The position numbers were made by a program, and so were the translations under genes. From Carcharhinus amblyrhynchos (taxonomy: Eukaryota), in contig OZ336876.1 of assembly GCA_965287045.1 (NCBI GenBank), positions 49,972,001 through 50,036,000 on the forward strand: a stretch of 64,000 nt of DNA, read 5' to 3'. This document shows positions 1 through 33,360 of the stretch, piece after piece (within the stretch, counting starts at the first letter, position 1; each line of letters begins with the position of its first letter). The notes under the pieces are model-generated. The model searched no databases. It saw only the letters and a list, made by a program, of their open reading frames with translations, and was not told the DNA's origin.

Positions 1-1110
1 CTGGACTTCAATTATTTATAATGTATATCAATGACTTTAATGAAGGATTGAATGCATGGGTGCTAAATCTGCTAATGACACAACAATAGATAGGAAACTC
101 AGTTGTAAAATGAACATAAGCACCGGAATTTTTGTGTTGCGCCTGCCACAGGATTCATAGTGGGCAGGGGGGGTAGAGCATGCAAAAGTCCATTGATCTC
201 GGGCAAGATTTTCCAGTTTTAGGGCAAGCACAATCAGAAAATCTCACCCACGGAGTCTGAAAGTGGATATAGATAGGTTGAGTGAATGGGCGAAAGTTTG
301 GCAAATGGAGAATAATGTGGGAAAATGTGAACTTATCCACTTTGGCTAGAAAAGTAGTATTTCATTTAAATGGAGAGAGATTGCAGAATTCTAAGGTATC
401 TGAGGTACAAGGAGATCTGGGTGTCCTGGTACACGAATCACAAAAGGTTGCTATACAGATACAGCAAGTGATTAGAAATGCAAGTGGAATGTTGCCATTT
501 CTTGCCAGGGGAAATAGAATATAAAGGTAGGGATCTTTTGCTACAATTGTATAGGGTATTGGTGAGGCCACATCTAGAACGCTATGTACACCTTTAAATA
601 CCTTCTTTTAGAAAGTATATTGATGCATTAATGGCAGCTCAGAAAAGGTTCACTCCACTGATACCTTGGATGATCTTATGGGGAAAGGTTGGAAAGGCTG
701 GGCCTATATCCACTGGTGTTTAGAAAAGTGAGAAGTGATCTTATTGAATCATAGAATATCCTGAGGAGACTTGGCAGGATGGATGCTGAAAGGGTGTTTC
801 CCTTTGTGGGAGAAACTAAAACAAGCCAACAGTTTTGAAAAAAAGGGGGATGACCATGTAAGACAGAGAATAGGAGAATATTTTTCCTCTCTCAGTTGAC
901 AGTCTTTGGAACTTTCCACTCCAGACAGTGGTAGAGAGAGGGTCATTGAATATTTTTAAGTTAAAGCTACAAGGAAAGCAAAGATTTCTGAAGTAGGTGG
1001 AATGTGGAATTGAGGTCATGATTAGATCAGCCATGATCTTACTGAATGGTGGAACAAGTTCAAAGGGGCCAAATGGCCCACTCCTGCTCATGATTTGTAT
1101 GTTTGTATGT
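1..1110 (+). mobile_element. CR1/HER1-like LINE, decayed 3' part of ORF2 and tail
   Basis: Degenerate (F)ADDTK motif near base 70, peptides such as LNGERLQNS..VQGDLGVLVHESQK, and a tail ggggccaaatggcccactcctgct followed by tatgt repeats. Confidence 0.85.
121..250. mobile_element. Short non-autonomous DNA element (MITE-like) inserted in the CR1
   Basis: Interrupts the CR1 reading. Ends ccggaattttt...gaaaatctcaccc resemble the GGGCGGGATTTT/AAAATCCCGCCC-type ends at 12877, 34392, 46364 and 62697. Confidence 0.55.
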
Positions 1111-1744
1111 TCATGAATGCAGTTAAAGTAATCCAATTTGTTTACATCAGAGCATGTTTCATTCCCTAGATCAAGGATAATACTTTTCAATTCAGGGTTT
1201 TATTAGACTGTTAGAGGTTTAACTTTTTTCCAATGATTTTAAATTAATTTCCATTTCTATTGCACAGCTCCTGAGGACCAGGTGACATAAAGAATTCTGG
1301 ATGACTGGCTATGGATGATACATGGGGTGGTGGCATGGGGTTCTGAAGAAGTCATGATGTGGTATGGGAAATTGAGGAGGCAAGTAGGAGATACAGAAGT
1401 GGCACTGGCAATCCAGGGGAACATGGGGAACCTCATAATCCATGGGGTGGTATGGGGTGAGAGGGTGAGGCGTGAGATTTGGAGGAATTTGAACAATACT
1501 GAGAACTGGGTTGCTGTCAGAGAACTGAGGCAGTCCATCTGATAAACTTGCCTCCACACTCCTCTTGCACTCTATTGTGGCTTGTAGTGTACATGGCCTA
1601 CCCAAATCGTGTGTGATAAGATGATAATTCCATTATACAGGGATTGGCTGTACATTTTGGAAGGCTTAAAAGTGCACAAGTTAGTTTTTCTCAAGCCCAC
1701 ACAAAATCCAGGCCATAAAACATAAATAAAAGTTTGGAAATTAT

Positions 1745-2250
1745 GGTGAACTTCTCAAAGAAACCCAAGTCCAATTCTGGACACTATGTTTCGAAAAGGA
1801 TGTGGAAAAACTGGAGAGGTTGCAGACAAGAATGGATTGGAGACTTCAGTTACATGGATAGATTTGCCAAGCTGGGCTGTCCTTCTCAGAGAACGGAAAA
1901 TTGAGAGGATATATGATAGAGGTATTCAAAATCATTAGGAGGTTTGACAGAGTAATTAGGAAAAATCTGTTCCCATTGTCAGAAGGGTCAAGAACCCGAG
2001 GACACAGACTTAAAGTGATTGACAAAAAGTACTAGGGGTGACATTATAAATATCCTCTGTAGACAGGGAATGGTGAAGAAGTGGAATGCCTGTAATGGAA
2101 ACAGATTCAACTGTGGCTTCAAAAGGGACCTGAATAATTTATTGGAAAAAAAGTGCAGGGCTGTGGGGAAAAGGCAGGGGAATGGGACTAGCTGAATTTC
2201 TCTTACAGACAGCAGGCATGGACTCCGTTAATACTATAGCAATCTGATGA
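1745..2250 (+). mobile_element. CR1-like LINE 3' fragment
   Basis: Decayed ORF2 C-terminus: QFW..FRKDVEKLERLQ, RGDMIEVFKII-like and RTRGHRLK. Confidence 0.75.
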
Positions 2251-2989
2251 TTGAAAGATTCACACCAAGTGGGAAATTTAAATCCTAATCTTAATGGACA
2301 TTTAACCTCACAAACTCATAGAAAACATTTCACCCACTGCTACTCTGCGAGCTGGATGGAAGGCTTTATAAGCATCTCTCTCTGTTAGACAGATAGAGAC
2401 AGACAAGTGTTATACAGCGTAAGGGGTATAATTGTCCACCAAATTTGGGGAAAGCCAAAGAGACAGGACTCTGAAGGCCGATACAGGGATTCAACTTGTT
2501 GTGTTAGTGTCATCCTGTACCATATTCTAGCCATCAGGCCAACCCTTTGACCCCACTTATATACAGCATGGTCTTAATTCTACATGAAGATAGAGATAAC
2601 TGCACCCCGACTATAGGCCAATCTTGCATTTCTACCCTACATGCAGCTGTATTCATATAGGAAATTCCAACCCATGGCACGAGTGATTTTCTGAATATTG
2701 CAGTCAGATGATTGTAAATGACATTTGACTAAATTTCCAACATGCATTTCTGGAAGACAAGGCTTCCCAGAGGCAACATAGACTCAAAGAACAAACATGT
2801 CCTGGGAGCTGAATTTCTTTACATTAACTGCATCCATTCATTTAAAAGACTTTATCAATAGGGAATCCCTTGGCTTATCTTTCTCCATTTCTGACACAGA
2901 AATATTGCAAGAGCAATAAATCTGGCAAGTGGAACCTTAAACATCCTCTAAATATTCAATGACAATGCAGACCCCCTCTTTTGAGGGCT

Positions 2990-3625
2990 GTTCTCCCAGT
3001 GACCAGGCTGATTTTTAACATCCACTGCAGTGGGTTCTTTCCCATTGCCGATCTTCCATCCATGACCTGGGCACAATTAATGGTCACTTAAAGAGTAACT
3101 TCCCACTTGGCCAAAATTTTTGGCTGAAGGAAGTGGATGGTGACAAGAGGAAGCCTTGGCATGGAAGGGGAGGGGGGATACCTAATTCACAAGCCGCCTT
3201 TTCCAATTAGAGTAACTGTGCCCCTCCCTACCCACGCTCTGCCTATCAATCTCCCTGGCCCAGGTTCCACTTCCCCTGGCTTGTGAGAGAGGAAGGGGGA
3301 TGCCTAATTCATGGGCTGTCTTTTCCAATTGGAGTAACCCCGCCCATGCTCTGCCCATCAATCACCTTGATTGTCCCCTTTTCCACTTTTCCCTAGTCTG
3401 TGCACCCTGGTCTCCACCCCTTCTTCTTCCAGGACTCCTCTTCTGCCTAGTTGAGAACATTCCCCAACTTTCTGGTCATCTGTTTTTGTTTTGTTGGCCT
3501 GGATGCAGTCTGAGGACTGGTCATCATTCCCAGTGGCACTGCTGGGTCCAGAGAGGCATCCAGCCAATTAGATTGGCAGACAGCTCTTGGAGGTGGGATT
3601 TCATCCTCATGTTGGTGCATTGAAC
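2990..3625. mobile_element. Old non-autonomous DNA-transposon-like repeat with an internal ~122-bp tandem duplication
   Basis: 3171-3260 is repeated at 3293-3368. The core cagccaat..gattggc is shared with 13130-13660 and 45910-46260. Confidence 0.45.
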
Positions 3626-4279
3626 TGCCTCTAATGCAATTATATCTTTTTCCATTCCCTGATAGCTTTCCATATCTGCTGAGCCAAATTTAACACACAG
3701 TCCACGCTTCTATCATGGTGGAAATGATAGAAATATGTATATAAGTATGTTGACACATGGGCCATGATGCTGTTTCAATACCTGTTCTGTATATGACCAC
3801 AGTTTATGTTGCATTGCAAGCAGAAGGAAATAGTGCGTATGCTTAGGACAGAAGCCACTAAAAGTCAGCTAACTTCATTAGATGTATGGACACAAATAGG
3901 CACATTTTAAAAGTTTTTGATTTTTTTTTCTTAAATTTACACAGAAAATGACACAAATGTAACTAGCAAATGGTTCCGTATAGTTTTGGTAAAGTGATTT
4001 CCAGTTATTTAAAATCCGGTTACTCACAGAATGATGAATCTTACCACTTATTAAAATGCTTTTTTTAATGCTTCTTTTTTTACTATTTTAATCATATTTC
4101 TCTAAATGACCACTCTTCAATATACCGAAGAATATTGTTAAAACAAATTAAAATATATATAATTACTGAAATGCTGTCAGATTGTGCTGGTCCATAGCAG
4201 GATTTTATATTTGGCGATAGTTAAATGTGTTGGGTGGAAACCTGAGGAAAGAAACTAGGCCAATATTGAGTTAATTTAA

Positions 4280-4390
4280 AATCAAAAACAGAAAATGCTG
4301 TAAAGACTCAGCAGGTCTGGCAGCATCTGTGGAGAGAGAAAGAGAGTTAACGTTTTTTGTCCATATGACTCTTCAGAGCTTTTGTATTTT
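4280..4390 (-). repeat. Penelope-like-element terminal repeat fragment (degenerate hammerhead core)
   Basis: The minus strand reads CTGAAGAgtcatatggacAAAAAACGTTaactctc..tctccacagatgctgccagacctgctgag. The same motif occurs at 29527, 33025 and after the PLE RT at 44560. Confidence 0.7.
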
Positions 4391-5058
4391 TGACTTAACT
4401 TAATTGCTTCTAGATCATCTATTACAACAGAAGCAGAAATTCTGGTTATACAGTCTAATTATTCTTAAGTAAATGTGATCTGAAGTCAGAGTTTAATTGT
4501 TCAGAAAAGATCAGAATATGTTTTAAATTTCTACTACAAGTCAACTTGGCCTTAAGTCACTGGCTCTTTAGTTTTATATCAGGAGCGTGAGTGAAGTCCG
4601 CTGAACATAACTTCTTTGCCTATCTATCGTATTAATAACCTTCACCTGGAATTTCTTTAGGAATTTTCCAATGGAGGTTAGTGGAACATGCGGGTAAATG
4701 TGTAACAGTTATCACACTCAAATATGAGCTGAATGTAAGATTTTGTGTATATGTTCATTATTTTTCTCACACAGATTCAAGGAATATTGAATTCCCACAT
4801 CTCAGGTGAAGAATTTGGGGGAAGATAAAGAGATTCCGCTTTTTTGGTAGGAGGAGGAAAATAAGTAGTATTGTTTTTATTCATTCAGATATATAAATAG
4901 ATATCTCAGTTACATCAATAAATTTCTTCATGTAACACAGGGAATACAACTCTTTATTCTTAATCATTGTTTAGCTGTGTCTTTTAGAAGATTGAGTGAA
5001 GGCCAAGAAACATATAAAGCCAGAGTTGAATTTGGGCTTTATTAAATATATATATTTT

Positions 5059-5350
5059 TTATTCATTCATGGGATATGGGTGTTGCTGGCTGGCCAGCAT
5101 TTATTGTCATCTCTAGTTGTCCGAGGGCAGTTGTGAGTTAATCACATTGCTGTGGATCAGGAATCACATGCAGGCCTGACCTGGCAAGGACAGCAGACTT
5201 CCTTCCCTAAAGGACATTAGTGAACCAGATGGGTTTTTCTGACAATTGACAATGGTTTCATGGTTATCAGTAGATTCTTAATTCCAGGTATGTTTTATTG
5301 AATTCAAATTCCACCAGCTGCTGTGGCAGGATTTGAACCCAGGTCACAGT
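5059..5350 (-). mobile_element. tRNA-derived SINE with ...ATAAATGCTGGCC..CATCCCATGAATGAAT-type tail
   Basis: B-box-like gggttcaaatcc at the 5' end (minus). Near-identical family copy at 16910-17160. Confidence 0.75.
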
Positions 5351-6054
5351 ATTTAGTATATTTAAGCAATCCTTTTGGGAAAACATGTAAGCTTTAGGTT
5401 TTTTATTTAGCACATTCCTACAGACTTGAATAATGTTAAGGTCCTGACAGAAGATATCTGTTTATATGAACAATAATTTTTGGTTCTTGGTAAAAACAAA
5501 GAAAAGACTGCTGCTGTTACTACTGACAATACGTTGCAAAATTTAAAAATAACTTCTTTATAATGTGGTACAGTTTATAGTTTGACTTGCTGTACATGTA
5601 ATATACTATAAACAGGTCTAATAAAAGTAGTGTGTGCATAAGAGTATATCATAACCTGAATTATCTCAGATAAAATTGAATAGCTTTTGCCTTGTCTTTT
5701 CTTAGATATTTTATGCAAAACTCAAATTCTGGTTACTTTCACTGTGCAACAAATTGTTCCCTGGAAGAAACAACTGAATTGCATTGGAAGGCTCAAGTCT
5801 CATAAAATGGAATGATCAGTCTTGTTAATCATAAAAATTTCCAGCATTTGTACGTATTGCTGAATGCTGGGATTTGTCAGCTTGATTTTCTTTAGCTAAC
5901 ACTGATAGGTCTGACAACTCGCAAGACTCAGATATCTCACACAAATACTCAAAGGCAGCACAGAGGAACTATCATGTAGGTGATTTTTAAAATGATCAGA
6001 GTGGTTTCTATTTTGTTCAATTCACTGGGTCAAAGGTCTGATCTACAAGTGCAG

Positions 6055-7000
6055 ACAGGGTTTTCGCCACAGTTCCAGTGGGTGGAGTTGGAGCAATCTC
6101 CAACTTTCCGAGCACATGGGCGGAACTGTCCCAAAACACAATAAAATGTCCTAACGGCGAGAAATCAAGACCAATCTGGGCGGTCTCTCAGGCGCAAGCC
6201 ACGCTGCAATCATTCCACACTCAGTCGCTTTTTGGAGACTGGTGAATTGCACACTAGTGCTGGGGCTGGTGTAGGGCTTATGACACCAGTGAGATTGGCT
6301 TCAGAGCACTCGGGCACCATTTCACAAGGGCACTCCATTTACAGTCGTTGGGATCCCAGCATCCTCAATGGTGGCAATTTCCCCAATCTGTCCCCATCAG
6401 GGGTTGCTGGCATCGGAGCCCTTGTGATGACCACCGACATGCCCCCTATCATGACTCTTGACATGATTCACCCCTGCATTGCACTCTACCAATTTGTATG
6501 GCCCCCCATCATAGCCCCCAGCCAGGCCCCACCCCCTTGTCGCTGGCCCTTACACACATGCAGTGCCCAACTGGTATTGCCAGGATGCCAAGCTAACACT
6601 GCTGGGGTGGCCAACTGGCACTGCTAGCTGGTCACCCCAGACATGGAAGCGCTGGATGGGCACTCCAGCCACCCAGGGGTTCCATGGCTTCTAAGCTCCC
6701 CGGCATAGCCATTGCACCAAGTATTCGCTCATGGAGACCAATAGCTATTTGCACTGGTATGACCTCATACTGGAGAGATGGATGCATTCCAGGAGGGGAG
6801 ACAATTGTGTGCTGAACTCGCTAATGAGATTAAGATCTAGTCAATCTCATGCAAAATTGGCCCTGCACCCATCCAGTTTGGGCCAGGCTGATTGCAAACT
6901 GTTTAGTGCTGGGTGCAAAACCCATTTTTATGCCTGCACGCTATCCTCTGGGATTGGCGTGATCTGCTGCACCAAGCACAGTGAGGTCGAAGAATCGCCT
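6055..7000. mobile_element. GC-rich non-autonomous DNA transposon (MITE-like)
   Basis: Abrupt GC/CpG-rich block in an AT-rich intron, ending gaagaatcgcctc. ORFs 6232 and 6731 have no protein signature. Confidence 0.45.
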
Positions 7001-7514
7001 CACCATGTTTCGAATTACTTTAAAGCCCTTGTTATAAACATTATTCCCTGTGGTACATGTTCAGTTGAGTAGTGAAAACTAAATAGCAGCCAAAGGATGT
7101 ATCAAATACCTGGAGTAATTTGATTTACTCACTTTGTTTTGCAACATTTTGCTGAAGTTCTGCTAGCAACAGGAGTGCTGCCATATCTATCGCAAAAGGC
7201 ACCCAGCAAACATACACGATGTACCTGGGCAGAGGTAAGATGAGATTCCTAACAATCTTATCACTGCCTCCGGTAACTCTGTTACAAAAAAAGGGAAAAC
7301 CAGGTGGTGTGCCAGTAGCTTCACTGACCCATCGCCTTTTAGACCGGCTAGCCCCCTGCCCTAAGCAAACCCCTGGTAAAATGGGGTTGAATCACTAACG
7401 TGGTGGTAGCCCTGTTTCATGCAATCATCAGGTTGACAAAAAAACTGCTGACAGTACTGGAGTTCGAAATCATCACCATCAGTGCTGTAAACCTTGAGAC
7501 AGATATTTGCTCAC

Positions 7515-28324
<20,810 letters not shown>

Positions 28325-29526
28325 CTGTGGATAGGAAAGGGTGTATGGGGAAAGAAGGCACAAGTTAGAATAGGCATAAATAAGTGAAGATTTAAATGAA
28401 CATCTCTAACATGAAGTTTCTTTGTAAAACATAACTATAAATTAAACACTTCTAACAATAATACGTTAGTTGGATGTGAGCCTTTGCTTTACAGGTATTA
28501 TCAATTAAACTGTGTATTTTACACATTTTTCAAGCTGTTTTCTTTTTGTAAAAACGAAGCCATGACAAAGTAAAGAGGTGGTAAAAGCATTTCCTATACT
28601 TAAAAATATTCATCGGGTTTAATGACGCACTTACAGTTGGACGTCAATCAGCCACACAGATTGCTAAAACCAATGTTGGATGCCTACAACGTCCCAAAGG
28701 TGAAGTTTATCTCACCGATGGAAAAATGGAAATTAGGTTGAGCAACCCCAGGATGGCATTATGTATCTCCTAGTGGCAAGTTTTACAAAGTGTTGCAGAG
28801 CTTTGAGAGCATGGAACTTGCCCACTATCTTATCAGGTAATGCTGGATCAGATATGGGGCTGAAAGTCCTAGACTGGAGGTGGGCAGGAACTAAAAGTCC
28901 CTTTGGCTCCATCCAGTCTCTGGGCTATTTTTGGGGTAGCATGGAGAAGAGGCAGGGTGACAGGAGTGGCCAGCCTGAGCTGCAATGCTAACTAAGGGAG
29001 GCTGACTGGAATTTTCCAGTGGGTCTCCAGGTTTCCATAGGGTGGCAGGGACCCAGTGCCCCAAGTAGATCCATAGGCCCTCCTTGCCTTCCTGACTGCA
29101 GAACCAGCCACAGACTAATAACGTGTAAGCCTCCACCACTCCGTCCCATGCACCAGCTCTGGCCTGGTTGCAAAGCCAATTTTTAATTTAGATTTTAAGA
29201 AGTTAGAGAATGCCTGCATCTTGAAGTGCTTGCTCTCTTACTTACCTTACACTGCTGCTCTTTTCCTATAGAAAAGTATCTGATTGACCCTCCAGTTTCA
29301 AGAGTCTGCTCACTTGTCCTTAATTGGACGGTGAACCGCAGGTCCCAGTTTCAGATGAAAATCCCAATGAGCAACTGCTTCTTCATTGGGATGGGTTTAT
29401 CATCTCAAAACAGTCCTGAACCATGTTTCCCACCCCGGGAGGGAGAATGCTGCCCACTGTGATGTGACCATAAGAGATAGGAGCAGAAGTAGGCCATTTA
29501 GCATATCAAGTCTGCTCCACCACGCG

Positions 29527-29750
29527 AAAAGCCAAATGCTGTGGATACTGGAATTTGAAATAAAAAGAGGAAGTGCCGGAAAATCTCAGCAGGTCTCACA
29601 GCATCTGTGGGGAAAGAATACAGCCAAAGTTTCGAGTCTAGATGACGCTACATCAGAACTCATCAGCTCTGACGAAGAACCATCCAGACTCAAAATGTTC
29701 TATTCTCTTCCTACAGATGCTGTCAGATCTGCTGAGATATTTCAGCACTT
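29527..29750. mobile_element. Palindromic Penelope-derived mini-element flanked by a target-site duplication
   Basis: Two inverted copies of the PLE terminal repeat. Flanked by tctgctccaccacgcg (29511-29526) and tctgctccaccatgtg (29751-29766). Confidence 0.75.
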
Positions 29751-30406
29751 TCTGCTCCACCATGTGTTGGGTATTCAATTTCAACCCAGCTCAATAAACT
29801 GAGTTTGGGCAATCTCAGTTCCTTTCCTGGAAAGCAGTTAATCTTAATTTAGAACTAACTGGTATCAAATTGCCAGCCTGAGTTGGAGATGACATGATGG
29901 CCTGTGAGGGAAAAGTAAATGTCACAATGATTTAGGATGCTCTTTGGAGATTTGGGCTGATGCCAGTCTCGGCAGAGTAGCTGAATATCAGGGATCAAAC
30001 CCAAGACTTTCTGGTCTGTGTGACTAAGATGAATTTACTGATGTTTTTATGATGGGTATTCAACCACACTATACATTTGGGTTCCCATTTATTCCTCAGC
30101 ACCAACACCCATTGCCATAGTGACTAAAAAAAAATTAAAAAACAATTTCATTCTGGGAAAGAATCTACAAACTGAAGTGGAGAAAAACAAATAATTTTCA
30201 GACAGGTGAAAAACAGGGAGATATTCATTAACTATTTTTTGACATTGTTGTGTTAAAATGACTGCTGTATAATTACGCAAAATAGTCAGTAAATTTGGAA
30301 ATGAATGTAAAGTAGAAATGGGGCCTTATTGAAAAAAGGTAACTTGTTTTTAAACTATATATTTGCAGCGTACATAGTGTGCTGAAATTTATCATTGAAT
30401 ATTTTT

Positions 30407-30705
30407 AAGGTTTATTTATTAATGTCACAAGTAGGCTTACATTAACACTGCAATGAAGTTACTGTAAAAATCCCCTACTCGTCACAGTCCAGTGCCTGTT
30501 CAGGTACACTGAGGGAGAATTTAGCATGGCTAATGCATCTAACCAGCACTTCTTTTGGACTGTGAGAGGAAACCGGAGAACCCAGGGGAAACCCACGCAG
30601 ACACAGGAAGAAGGTGCAGACTCCCTGCACAGACAATGACCCAAGCTGGGAATCAAACCTAGGTCCCTAGCTCTATGAAGCAGCAGTGCTAACTACTGTG
30701 CCGCC
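30407..30705 (-). mobile_element. V-SINE, alternative-tail subfamily
   Basis: Reverse complement of the 21795-type copy. Confidence 0.85.
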
Positions 30706-32139
30706 CTTTGTTTTAGACAAAGTGAAGCAGTACAATGCAGTATAAAAGTGTTACATACATAAACAATCCATAAAATGTATAAGGTTTCATGACTTGGGAA
30801 ACAATATGCTCCGAAGGACTGTTTATGAAAGGTAATATTGAAATACCCACCTGCCATACCTACCACTTCCAATCAAATTACAAAAGAACACATCATCCCA
30901 ACCAACAATTTCTGTTGATCCTCAAGAAAGGAATAGTAAATATAGGAATGATCCACAACCCTGCTATTGTATTTTGTGATTTTAGATTGTGATTTTACTT
31001 TGGGTGTATTTTATTATTTCTTGATATGTTTCATAAGATCCAAATTTTAGAAATGCCAAGATTTCTCTTTGTTTGAAACCTGTTTTAATGTAAGTGCCAA
31101 CTGGTGAGTAGACAAACCACGACCTGTTTTCCTACACTGATGCACGTGCAAGAACATTTTGTACTCTTCAATTTTTTTCTTCCTGTCCTGTAGGCACCAA
31201 CTCAGACTAGATTAAGGTTCATTGAATACTAGACTATGGCACCTTACCAAAGTAACTACTCTTCATCCATGAGCTTAGACAGTTAGAGTTGGCAGGATGT
31301 TTGACTGTGAAGGGTGTCTGGCTTGAGCAAGATTCTAACGTTCAACATCCACACTTTCCAACACAATTCACTGGACAGAAAGTTTTCCCATTCTGCAGTT
31401 CAACACGTACCAGCTTAGACTGGCAAGGTTAGCCCCTAACCAAAGATGAAATCTGAAACCTTCTGGCTGGTATGTCTTCAATTAAATTTACTTAAATCAG
31501 CCACTGGCAAAATTAAATCATAACATTTTATGATGCAATAGCAAAAGGAGGATTACTCTCGAACTAGGTACTTGACATAATTAGCTGCTTATTCACTGAG
31601 TAAAAGGAGGAATCTGAAGCCAGTCTTTCTTTAACATGGGTTTATTCACATAACCCAGGGAACACAGGCCCAGATTTCCTTTTCCTTTCCCCACGTAGGT
31701 GGAATCCAGGTTTCTTTAGACTTAAGAATAATGTTCTAACCTTTCTCCAATTAGTAACAGCTGCCCTCTAGAGCATGCACTTCATTGTGACAGGATTGTA
31801 ACATTAACAGTGTCAATCCTAAAAATGAGACCATATTTGATATCATTATTGGGCACTAAATGTCGTTCAATTAGGCCAGAGAGGTTGTCGTTGCAAAAGA
31901 GACATTTATGTCCACATTGAGCTTCCTATTAAGAATGGAAAACATTCACCTAAATAACAGTATGAGGGATAGTTGTGGATATGACTTCAGATTTCTGTTT
32001 TATTCTTTGGTAGAGAAGTCAGTGAAGAATTGATGTTAAAGAATTCCACATGGAACAAAATATGATTGAATAATCATTTGTAAAGTTTGGGAATAAAATG
32101 AGCTGTTTGATAATGTTGTTTCTGCCTTTAAAGTAAAAG

Positions 32140-32435
32140 TTAAAAGTTTATTTATTAATCACAAGTAGGCTAACATTAACACTGCAATGAAGTTACCATG
32201 AAAATCCCCTAGTTGCCACACTCTGGCACCTGTTTGGTTACACTGAGGGAGAATTTAGCATGGCCACCTAACCAACATGTCCTTCAGACTGTGGGAGGAA
32301 ACCAGAGCACCCAGAGGAAATCCATGCAGCCACGGGGAGACTGTGCAAACTACAACCTGGCAGTGACCCAAGCCGGGAATTGAAGCTGGGTCACTGGCAC
32401 TGTGAAGCAGCTGTATTAACCGTTGTGCTGCCCCC
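32140..32435 (-). mobile_element. V-SINE, alternative-tail subfamily
   Basis: Reverse complement of the 21795-type copy. Confidence 0.85.
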
Positions 32436-32796
32436 CTTTAACCATAGATTGCATAGTTACGGCTCTATTTAGGCTGGACAAAGAACTATAATTTCTCAAT
32501 TATTCTAAATATTTAACACAGTCCAAAATTTGCAATATAAAATATATTTACCAAAATGATTGATGAACTAGATGACTTCTGTAGGTCAATGGACAATTAT
32601 TTCAACAAAACACCCTACATGCTCTCTTATGATGTATCCTCATTTCCAAACTAAATAACCCCGAGCTTTTCCAATGTATGTTTTTATCTATTTCCCAAGT
32701 GGCCCATTTCCGTAGATAATTGCACACCTTATTTCTTCTGCGATTTAATGCCTTGCCTATTACATACTGAGATGATGTGCGACATTCTTCCACTTA

Positions 32797-33010
32797 TAGA
32801 ACTGTAGAAGCTAGGATCCCTAGAGTGCAGAGGGAGGCCATTTGGCCCAAAGAGTCTGTACACACCCTCCAACAGAGCATCTTTCCCAGGGCCCAATGAC
32901 CCACCCTATCCCTGTGTGTTTACCCTGTTTATCCCCCTAACCTACACATTTTTGGACACTATGGGGGAATTTAGGATGGCCAGTCCACCTAACCTGCACA
33001 TCTTTGGACT
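32797..33010 (-). mobile_element. 5'-truncated HE1-type V-SINE
   Basis: Tail and gtccaaagatgtgcaggttagg are present; the head is replaced by PLE repeat sequence. Confidence 0.75.
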
Positions 33011-33024
33011 GATGCTTTCTTTCC

Positions 33025-33360
33025 AAAGTAAGAACAGAAAATACTGGAAACATTCAGCTGGTGAGGCATCATCTGTGGAGGGAGAAACAGTTGATGTTTC
33101 AGGTTGATTACCTTTCTTCAGAACTGTTTCACTCTCCAACGGATTATGTCAAATCTGCTGAGTAATTCCAGCATTTTCTGCCTTTATTTCACGTTTTCAA
33201 TATCTGCAATAGTTTCCTTTTATGGATGCTTCTTTTCTGTTTTTTTCTCATATATTCCCCTTCCATATTAATGTGCCTACTTTTAAGCTTCAGTTCTGAT
33301 GAAGGGAAATCTTGTTTGTTCTCTCCATAAATGCTGCCTAATCTGCAAAGCATCACCAAC
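33025..33360. repeat. Cluster of Penelope-like terminal repeats with a minimal hammerhead-ribozyme core at 33084-33130 (minus)
   Basis: The minus strand reads GAAACAGTT-CTGAAGA-A-AGGT aatca ACCT-GAAA-CATC-AACTGTTTC. A second CTGATGA lies near 33296 on +. Confidence 0.7.

Noticed and set aside
1257-1620. Overlapping ORFs, possible Harbinger remnant
   Set aside because: Only an ATIE-like fragment; too decayed to call.
1-7514. DNMT3A exon 14 equivalent (NCFLECAYQYDDDGYQSYC)
   Set aside because: Searched by eye on the minus strand and not found; presumed to lie left of the window.
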